A DNA stretch of 64,000 bases from Williopsis jadinii (taxonomy: Eukaryota): the NCBI GenBank assembly GCA_024346625.1, contig AP024665.1, forward strand, positions 1,922,001-1,986,000. Direction: 5' to 3'. The notes beneath the pieces are model-generated. The model ran no database searches. It was not told where the DNA came from and saw only the letters and a list, made by a program, of their open reading frames with translations. The position numbers and the translations under genes were made by a program. Below, piece by piece: positions 53,127-61,297 of this stretch. Within the stretch, counting starts at the first letter, position 1. Every line of letters begins with the position of its first letter.

Positions 53127-53324
53127 TGTCACTGATTCTCAACACGATCTTTGGTCCTGTTTCCTATTGTTTATGTACAACGAACGCGTCCCAAAGTGAC
53201 GTGGAAGAGCAAAAAAAAAGAAAAAAAAGCAAAGCGTGTTTGTCCGACGGTCGTGGCCTTACTATTTAGTTCTGTTGCTTCTACCATAAGCTTTACATTA
53301 CGTCATACTCATCTCATTTCAATG

Positions 53325-56120
53325 TTATATCCTTGTCATTGCACCTTTACCAAAGAAGTCAGTGACGACTCTGAATCTGTCTTCGCTCTCTTCTAATGAT
53401 TCTTGGAAAAGTTCGTTGCGCTCTCCAATGGCTCTCTGGTTCTCTTTGATGTTCTGTAGAGTTTCCCTCATAGGGGCACAGAGTGGACAAACCTCCTCTG
53501 GTAGACAACTCTTGTGGAACGAGTGCGAGCATCTGAAATAAACAGTATCATCGCGTAGTTTTTGCGAGCATGAAGAGCACACGGTTGGTTGTACAGTCAA
53601 GGTTTCGGAAGTCTTGTGAATCTTCTCGCGTTGTGTATCGATGTCGGCCTGGTATGACTTGATGAACTTTTCGTTAATTTCAATCTCCCTTCTCTCGGTT
53701 TCCATAAACTCCACTATGAAGTCTTTGATGACATCAACAGTCGTTATCTTGTTCACACTCAAAGCTTGTATGAACTCTAGAGGGGTCATTATCTCGTCAT
53801 CTTTGATCCATCTTAACAAGTCTCTGAATCTCTTTTCTCCGACTCTTTGGAAAACCTCATCACTCGACGTGTAAAACATCAAAGCTAATGAGCACAACTC
53901 TGGTTCTTCTTTACCATGTAAGTCTAGCAGTTTGATACAGTTCTCTACTTGGCCTGAAGCCACGTAAGATCTGAATAAATCAACTTGGAATCCAGGTCCC
54001 TCTCTTGCGATGATTTCACCTTGGTCAAACTCAAAAACGTTTGATATCAAGAGAATTGTATTTGAATTAAGATCATTCCTCTTAACCAAATTCAGTGCCT
54101 TTTCGTGCCATTCTTCAGTATTCTCACTTGTAGATGCAATCGTCAAGTACAACTCATACAATGTAGTTAACACGTCGTTCTTATCCTTGGGGTTCCCTTC
54201 AAACTTGTCATAGCTCTGAGCACAAGCCTCTAAAAATATAACAAACTCATTTGGTCTATTGACGAAAGATGGGAAGATCACCCTCGGACGTGGTGGCTGA
54301 TAAGTATCTTGAATAACATCCTCGTCAGGTTCATCTCTTGAGTTTAATTTGGACATGTAATTGACAAAAGCAGTATAACTCTGCAATAAAACCGGTGTCT
54401 CGTCTTTAATGACCTTGTTCTCCTCTCGTTCTGGTTTATATTTTCCCGTAAAGACTTCTATCAACATCGCTGTAGTGACATTCGGTGCAGCCTCCAATAA
54501 GAGTCGGGCGTATTGTATGCATACTCGAAGAGTTTCATCAACTGGTAACGTCTTGATGTACTGCAGTGCCGAATATGCATCTTTGTTGTCTCTGAGAAGA
54601 ATGTCAACAGCCAACAGAGGGTAGCCGAGGTTTTGGGAAAGCTTTGATGCTTGCTCTAAAAACCCAGTGTCTCTGCAAAGCCCCACAACAACATCAAGAT
54701 CAAATTCCACTCTCATAAGATCGTTCGTCTCTTTGTCATATCTTTCGATAAATTCGTTCAACTTATCAACTTGCTTCAACTTGCAATAAGTACACAACAA
54801 CAACGTGACATGCTCTTTCACAGCCATACCAGCTTGTAACATGTTTTCAAGAAATCTCGATAGGTTTCCAACTTCTTTGCTATCTTTGTACATTCTAATG
54901 ATTTCACTTGTTTTCCCAAGTTGAATTGTTTCAATGTATTGGTCCATTGCCCGTGTAGTTTCATTCTTTTCATAAAGATAATCACCATATGATCTCTTGA
55001 TCTCTAGGAGCTTTGTATGATCAACTTTACCCTCAGCGATTTGAATCGCAATTGGGTATAGTCCTCTCTTTGTCACAATGTCGATTTGAGAATTGACATC
55101 TCGTTCGTGGACCCTGTAGAGCACTCCATCAGAGGTGAGACAGTACACATCATCCCACAATAGTAAAATGTGCTGAATAGTTGATGCAATAGTATGAGCC
55201 ATAGCTAACAACTTGTGTTCCATATCAGCCATGACGATCTTTGTAGGTTCTGTATATCCATTGAGGACCAATCCTGAGGATTCTTGTGTATTTGTAGTCA
55301 CGATCAACATATTCTTTCCAAACTTGAAGATACGCTTCTTTTGCATCTCCAACGGAACCGTATAATGTGGTTCACCAGTTGCAGAATAATACACCAATCC
55401 ATCCGTCTTTGCCACAACAAGTTTATCGCCGTCCAATATGGCATTACCCAAATCTGCGCCTCTTGAACTGTCAAGGACAAGTTCTGAACCTGGCTTGTAG
55501 CTCTGTGTTGTTGGCACTGCGACAATCTTTGACGTTGATGTCACGTATAATATCGGGTCATTGTTATTCCCCTGTATCAACTGTACGTTTGTTATTGGAT
55601 CCTGGTTCTTAAAGGCAGCCGTCTGACTTGATCCACGATCCCTCAGGAGGTCACCACGTATCACAATAACAACACCGTTGGCATACCCAACACAAACAAT
55701 GTTGAATCCCTCTGATGATGACAAGCACGTCACAGGGTAAGCATTCGAACCGTTCTTTATATGAACCACTGTATGGTAGCCTTGTGGATCCAAGTCCTTG
55801 TCCATAACCTTCTCAAGGTCCCATAGCTTCAACTGTGCCGGTTGGCCTTGCCTCTCTGCAAGCGTGGCAAACATGTTCACTGAAGGTAGCGCATGTAGGA
55901 AGGTAACGTTCCATCCTTTTTCATAAGACACAAACTGTTTCACAAATTGCAGGTTCTTATCGATCAGTTGTATCGTTGAGTTGTGTGTTGCTATCACCAA
56001 GTACTGGTCCAATCCACATACCGCCGTGAGCGAAGGATCAGAATACAACGGGCGGTCCGTCCCAAGATTTGGATCCCTTATAGGTGTTGTTTCAAAGAAT
56101 TGAAACTGCCTCCACGACAT
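53325..56120 (-). CDS. PEP5: CORVET/HOPS subunit Vps11, 931 aa
   Basis: MSWRQFQFFETTPIRDP start, beta-propeller, clathrin-like repeats, C-terminal RING-H2. Confidence 0.95.
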   Translation of the reverse strand: MSWRQFQFFETTPIRDPNLGTDRPLYSDPSLTAVCGLDQYLVIATHNSTIQLIDKNLQFVKQFVSYEKGWNVTFLHALPSVNMFATLAERQGQPAQLKLWDLEKVMDKDLDPQGYHTVVHIKNGSNAYPVTCLSSSEGFNIVCVGYANGVVIVIRGDLLRDRGSSQTAAFKNQDPITNVQLIQGNNNDPILYVTSTSKIVAVPTTQSYKPGSELVLDSSRGADLGNAILDGDKLVVAKTDGLVYYSATGEPHYTVPLEMQKKRIFKFGKNMLIVTTNTQESSGLVLNGYTEPTKIVMADMEHKLLAMAHTIASTIQHILLLWDDVYCLTSDGVLYRVHERDVNSQIDIVTKRGLYPIAIQIAEGKVDHTKLLEIKRSYGDYLYEKNETTRAMDQYIETIQLGKTSEIIRMYKDSKEVGNLSRFLENMLQAGMAVKEHVTLLLCTYCKLKQVDKLNEFIERYDKETNDLMRVEFDLDVVVGLCRDTGFLEQASKLSQNLGYPLLAVDILLRDNKDAYSALQYIKTLPVDETLRVCIQYARLLLEAAPNVTTAMLIEVFTGKYKPEREENKVIKDETPVLLQSYTAFVNYMSKLNSRDEPDEDVIQDTYQPPRPRVIFPSFVNRPNEFVIFLEACAQSYDKFEGNPKDKNDVLTTLYELYLTIASTSENTEEWHEKALNLVKRNDLNSNTILLISNVFEFDQGEIIAREGPGFQVDLFRSYVASGQVENCIKLLDLHGKEEPELCSLALMFYTSSDEVFQRVGEKRFRDLLRWIKDDEIMTPLEFIQALSVNKITTVDVIKDFIVEFMETERREIEINEKFIKSYQADIDTQREKIHKTSETLTVQPTVCSSCSQKLRDDTVYFRCSHSFHKSCLPEEVCPLCAPMRETLQNIKENQRAIGERNELFQESLEESEDRFRVVTDFFGKGAMTRI

Positions 56121-56355
56121 GCTGTTCTCTACCTTTCTTTCTGCTTGCTCCGTTGCTTTAGTACCCGCTGTGGTGGTAAAGTTCTTGGTGTTGGTTTTTC
56201 TCGTTTATTAGCCGAGAGAGGGAAAACACCCCAAGTGTTTCTACAAAGCACACATCTACAGAGTTGGACATTGTCAAGGAAGGACAAAAGAGAACAACAA
56301 GGCTCAACAATACGGACATCTACTTGATCTTGTGAATGAACGTAGGAAAGGAAAC

Positions 56356-57366
56356 CTAAACTCTGAATCTGGAAGAAGAAGGTCTTGACTTCTTTGATCT
56401 GATGGATCTTGGTGGTTCCAGTGATGTATCGGAAGTCTCCTCGCCTGTCGTTTCATCATCTATAAACATTGCATCGTCGTCATACTCAAAGGAGTCGTCA
56501 TGGGAAATCCTCCAGAACTTACCACTCTTGTGACAGAGTCTTCTGGGTGGGAATGCCATACCTTTACAGTTGGTCTCGAGGAACCAAGGGAAGTATATGT
56601 GATACCCTATTAACCCGCACGCTATGCCAATCAAGGTGCCGAATATAGAATCCAAGAGGGAATAACGATTATCTGATATCTGGGTTGTAGATAGGTATAG
56701 AGCCGTGGCATAGGGCAAGACAAATATCAACAACTTGAACAGTATGCCCCGTTTATCGAACACTTTGAACTTTGCTGCCACTATGAGAGATGCAAACGTT
56801 GCAGATGTGAACGAAATAGCAGCGTAAGAGGAGGGGAAACTCTTGAATCCGTCATTGATAATGGTGATATCCGGGTTAGAGCAGATGGCAACGTTGGAAA
56901 GCATACCAATAGGTGCAAGTGAGTAATCACTAGGCATGCACCTTTGAATGAGGTCTGGTCTCGGTAACCCACAATTGATCTTGAGCACGGAAACCACTGA
57001 ACATTGTAACACATGTGCTGCGAAGAATCCCAACAATGCCATGTGTAGATTCCACAACCTTCTACTGATACAATGACAAGTGAATGCAAAATTTGTAATG
57101 ATTTGAACCAATGGTAATACTATGCTGACGATGAGTAACAGCTGTGGACTGACCGCAACGTTCTCGTCATCATAGTATGTGAAGGATAACGAATTGTCGT
57201 CCAATGCAAACTCGTGATATCTTGGAGGCCTTTTCTGATAGCACAAGGCAAAAACAAGTACTGCAATGTATATCAACCAGTCGAACAGATATGACAAAGC
57301 AGAGAGAAGTGAGAACTTGCAGTTCTTTATCTTGATTATCGTATCTTTGGTCCTTCTAACCGTCAT
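56356..57366 (-). CDS. PAP2/lipid phosphate phosphatase family protein (Dpp1/Lpp1-like) with degenerate catalytic motifs, about 336 aa
   Basis: Six TM segments; KINCGLPRPD, GFKSFPSSY, TQISDNRYSLLD. First in-frame ATG 57366. Confidence 0.82.
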   Translation of the reverse strand: MTVRRTKDTIIKIKNCKFSLLSALSYLFDWLIYIAVLVFALCYQKRPPRYHEFALDDNSLSFTYYDDENVAVSPQLLLIVSIVLPLVQIITNFAFTCHCISRRLWNLHMALLGFFAAHVLQCSVVSVLKINCGLPRPDLIQRCMPSDYSLAPIGMLSNVAICSNPDITIINDGFKSFPSSYAAISFTSATFASLIVAAKFKVFDKRGILFKLLIFVLPYATALYLSTTQISDNRYSLLDSIFGTLIGIACGLIGYHIYFPWFLETNCKGMAFPPRRLCHKSGKFWRISHDDSFEYDDDAMFIDDETTGEETSDTSLEPPRSIRSKKSRPSSSRFRV

Positions 57367-57688
57367 TTCCCGTCTGAGGTATGGTGGTTCCACTGCACAT
57401 GTCTGCTCATTCTATGAGAAATGTCTCTCTGTACACAACTAGCTCCCAAAGTATTCAGAATTGAACCATCTTTGTGTCCCATTCTCTCTCTCGCACCAAG
57501 TCTATGTGTCCACGTAAGACATTATGTAATCTCTGTACTTCATATTACATAATCACATAGTAAACTTTTCTCGTCTTTGCGTTCAACGAAAAATCAAAAA
57601 AAACATCACAAAATCCCCAAAGGAACTGCCCTTTGAAAAGGATTCTCTGAACAGGAAACAACTTCAAAAGAACAATTACAAGTGACAA

Positions 57689-58092
57689 ATGCCAGCAGCA
57701 ACTACTTTGGGATATGCCGGATGGGCAGCTTTTGGTAAGTTGCATTGTATCCAAGTCACTAATGTTTGATTTCTTTCCACCAGTGGATTTTAATCATCCG
57801 TTAACCCCTACTTGTCTCCCTCTCTCTCTCTTTTGCTAATCCCCCTTGATTCATGGAAAGGTTACTAACGACAAATTGTGCTCGAATTATAGGTGTTTTG
57901 GTTAGAGGTTTCCAACTCGGTGTCTTGAACAGACCACTTTCATCTGGTAAAGCGGGTTATGTCTATTCCGCTGCGTTCTGGACAGGTCTTGGATACGTAT
58001 TTTACAAAGTTGTTGACCACAACGATGCTCTTATTGAACAAAGAGTCAACCAACTCCAAGATGCTAGAGCCAAGTTTGCTAAGGAGCAGTGA
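57689..58092 (+). CDS. Complex I accessory subunit (NDUFC2/B14.5b-like); exons 57689-57734 and 57893-58092, 81 aa
   Basis: MPAATTLGYAGWAAFG|VLVRGFQLGVLNRPL…GLGY; 158-nt intron GTAAGT…TACTAAC…TAG. Confidence 0.8.
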
Positions 58093-58360
58093 TATCTCCC
58101 GCATGGCTGTACACTCTATTATTTATTATCCATTCTATTTATTTGAAAATTCTCCTTTTATTTATACCTTTTGACAAATAGTTACACTTATTATAAGACC
58201 AAAAAGTGATCTGTATTACCAATAAGAAGACTTACAAGCGTTGTGCTTTCCAAATTGACCCAGAAGTATGATCCAAATGACGGATCTCTATAAATTTACC
58301 CGAAATATATAATACGTACTAACCCCTATTAGTATACCAATGCCAGACCAATGAATACAA

Positions 58361-58981
58361 CTAGCATCTGACAAACATGCATCTGTCCAAGTCCTTCTCG
58401 AACAGGTTGACCATATCATGGTCTTTAACTTCAACGTTTGTAATGTTTAGCGCATAGTTGAAGCTCTCGTCGTACTCGTATGCGCCTTCTTTTTCCTCTT
58501 TAGAACCCTTTACAAGGTCAAACGTTATAGAGACACCATTCTTGACAAAGGTCTTTGTACCTTCTCTTAGTCTAAAAGTTGTCTCGAGGAAAATCTCACC
58601 ACCAAACTGGATGGTCATGAACAGCTTCACTGAAGATTGATCCTCAGAGAGAACCATATCCATATGGCTTTCGTGGTTATGCGACGTCTCTTTCAAATTC
58701 TTTATCTGCAGCAAAGACTCTTTGTGATCCAAACCACCGAGTGAAATATGTGTCACACCTTGGTCACGTGATACCGAGCCGGTATAAAACAACTTCTTGT
58801 GTGATTCCTTCGAGCTTGAAGAATAAACTGACACCAAAAGCGGTTGTTGTGTGTAATAGTCGAGCTTCCTACTGTTTACGTGTTGAGCTAAACAATCAAA
58901 CAGCGGTGAAACGTCACAAGGTGAATGCACTTGTGACAAGACTTGCACTTGAACCTCTGTAGGAAGAGATGCAAACATCAT
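58361..58981 (-). CDS. Small protein with F-box-like N-terminus, 206 aa
   Basis: FASLPTEVQVQVLSQV fits the LPxE F-box start; the remainder is beta-rich and unrecognised. Confidence 0.6.
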   Translation of the reverse strand: MMFASLPTEVQVQVLSQVHSPCDVSPLFDCLAQHVNSRKLDYYTQQPLLVSVYSSSSKESHKKLFYTGSVSRDQGVTHISLGGLDHKESLLQIKNLKETSHNHESHMDMVLSEDQSSVKLFMTIQFGGEIFLETTFRLREGTKTFVKNGVSITFDLVKGSKEEKEGAYEYDESFNYALNITNVEVKDHDMVNLFEKDLDRCMFVRC

Positions 58982-59939
58982 AGTGATAATTAGGAATATG
59001 TGATTTTGAAAGAAAAAGCTTTATGCTTTGAAAGAAGCAATAGATAAACACTTGTGAATAATGAGGAAATGGAAAGGTTTAGACTCTCTCGACAACGAAA
59101 GAATGGAATCTATCATATTTAAATCGTTCTGGCGTCTTCTTTATATCACTACGGGACACCCCGGGTGTTTTTTTTTGCCTCGTTCCTTCCTTCAATGTAC
59201 GTTTTTGGCGTTCAAGACTAAGCGGCGGAAAAAAAATCACCAGGCGCCTAAAAAAAGGAAAGGGTAAGAGAGAGGAATCATCTGACACGCGGTTTCTTCC
59301 GTTAAAAATTTTCCACCCATTCGGAAGGCTCCAAATTTCAAAAGGAAACCCAATACTAAGACACATATTATGGTTTGAGCTCACCAAGTACCAAAAGGAA
59401 CAAAGAGATGAGGAAAGCAAAAATGCTCCATTTGTGTCCTTTTAGAAATCGCCGTATCACTGTAAAACTAATCAAACACATGTTTAACACGACTGCGATG
59501 CACACAGGTGACAGTTCACACCCTCATGGCCATTCTCGGGTGAACTCGCGTTGTGCATAGCAACACTGGCGGGCCTCAGCCTTTGTAGCGAATGGCGTTG
59601 TGCGAAGCACCGACACTCGGAGTTATCCATCTTCTTTCGCAACACCGGAGGGAGGCTCCTGGAAAGATATGGAGGTGGTGTCTGGATGTTTTGACTAACC
59701 CGATTCCCGGAGGTTTTAGTATTTTTTGGCTTGCCGGCTTTTTTCAAAAGAAATTATACTTTCTGCGGTTGCAGCCGTTGTTTTGTGTCATCAGTTGACA
59801 GGCCTGAATGTTTTTTTCCGTTCTCTCACCAAAACACACAGCTGTTTCAGAAGTCCAAAATAGCCAGCTTTAGTTATCTAATCGAATAGCTCCTGTGGTG
59901 CTTCCTACAAGTCAATGTCCAGTTAACCGTGTGTTCTTT

Positions 59940-61082
59940 CTATAGGATACACACGTTCTCTTCCAACTTGAAGCTTTGCTTCATTGATTTCTTCACCCCC
60001 AATCTACCCTGGATGCTCAACCGATGTCCTAGGACGCCGTTACACACTTTAAAATCCTGTGTAGTGGATGGAATGCCTCTGACCTTGGTTGCGAGTTCGA
60101 TATACTGGCCGTTTAGCGATCCAAGCGCCTTCCGTCTCTGCGAGGATCCCTCGTCTGGTGTCGTGATCAGTTGACATTCCTCCAATGCTATGGTTTTTTC
60201 AAATAACACCATTTTCTTCTTCTCGAGCGTATAGACGCCCTGCGCCCTCATGCTTAGTGCGCTCTTCAACTTTATCGTGAGATCTTTCAAGACAACTCCA
60301 CTGAGACTGCGTATCTCTCTCGGGAAGACGACAAATATCCTGACTTCGAACTCCTTGTGTAAGATGCTCGGGAATTGTGCCACGATGTGGAAGGGAACAT
60401 CTGGCTCGGATCTATGAAGTAAGCCGTGCCCAAATTTCAACAGATCGCTGCAAACTCGAACAGCGTGATCCTCGTCAACGGGGATTTGCACCTCTATGGG
60501 CTCGACTTTGAATGGGAATGCCACCGTGAATGCCTTGAGGCTTTGGGAAAACTTCACCACAACCTTTATGGTGTATTCGACGTCAAAGGAGTTCCCGTTC
60601 TGGTAATTGCGATAGTGGAACGTGGCCGGTAATAGACTCTCTGTATGCTCCCTGGATAAATGCTCAGTGGTTAGAACAGGCACTAGAGAGAGTGCATCAC
60701 AGATATCGTCACTCTGGGATGCGCTGCTCAGCCCAATGAGCGTTTGTTGATCGTCAATAAGCTTACTGGCGCACGTTGTGTCATGTGGGAGGTTGAACAT
60801 AAAGGGGAAGGTGTCAATTGCCCTATGTAGCTGATACCTATGACCATCCAATCGCTTCTCCAGCATGTATTGGTCCAACTGTATGAACTTATGCTCTTCA
60901 ACAGTTTCTCGACGATTCCAGTCAACCTGTTGGACAATTATGGACGTAGCCACCCCTTCAAGGCTAACCTTTATAGATTCCACCTTGGTTTCTTCTTCGA
61001 CATTCACCACCAAATCACCCTTAATTAGCGAACCAGGAGAATACGTTTCTCTCTCCGTATCTAACTTGATCTGCAACGTCAT
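59940..61082 (-). CDS. Arrestin-fold protein (Art10-like), 380 aa
   Basis: YSPGSLIKGDL…IKVSLEG, FPFMFNLP, LPATF…VEYTIKV arrestin-N pattern. First ATG 61082. Confidence 0.75.
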   Translation of the reverse strand: MTLQIKLDTERETYSPGSLIKGDLVVNVEEETKVESIKVSLEGVATSIIVQQVDWNRRETVEEHKFIQLDQYMLEKRLDGHRYQLHRAIDTFPFMFNLPHDTTCASKLIDDQQTLIGLSSASQSDDICDALSLVPVLTTEHLSREHTESLLPATFHYRNYQNGNSFDVEYTIKVVVKFSQSLKAFTVAFPFKVEPIEVQIPVDEDHAVRVCSDLLKFGHGLLHRSEPDVPFHIVAQFPSILHKEFEVRIFVVFPREIRSLSGVVLKDLTIKLKSALSMRAQGVYTLEKKKMVLFEKTIALEECQLITTPDEGSSQRRKALGSLNGQYIELATKVRGIPSTTQDFKVCNGVLGHRLSIQGRLGVKKSMKQSFKLEENVCIL

Positions 61083-61297
61083 CTTAAACCACACAACTGC
61101 CACTGTTCTTACTGTTTGGCTGTGTAGTTAACTACATCATCTGGTTTTGATTCTCCCCGCGGAAACAGGGTTGCTGTCCAAGAAAGCCCATCGCATTTGG
61201 ATCTGCGTTGCAAGAAAAGTCCGATTCGCACATTGCGCAGCTCCTCAAACTATTTAACCAATTACAGTTGTCTAAAGTACATAACAATAACACAGGT

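Noticed and set aside
57735..57892. snoRNA inside the longest intron
   Set aside because: No convincing C/D or H/ACA boxes seen.
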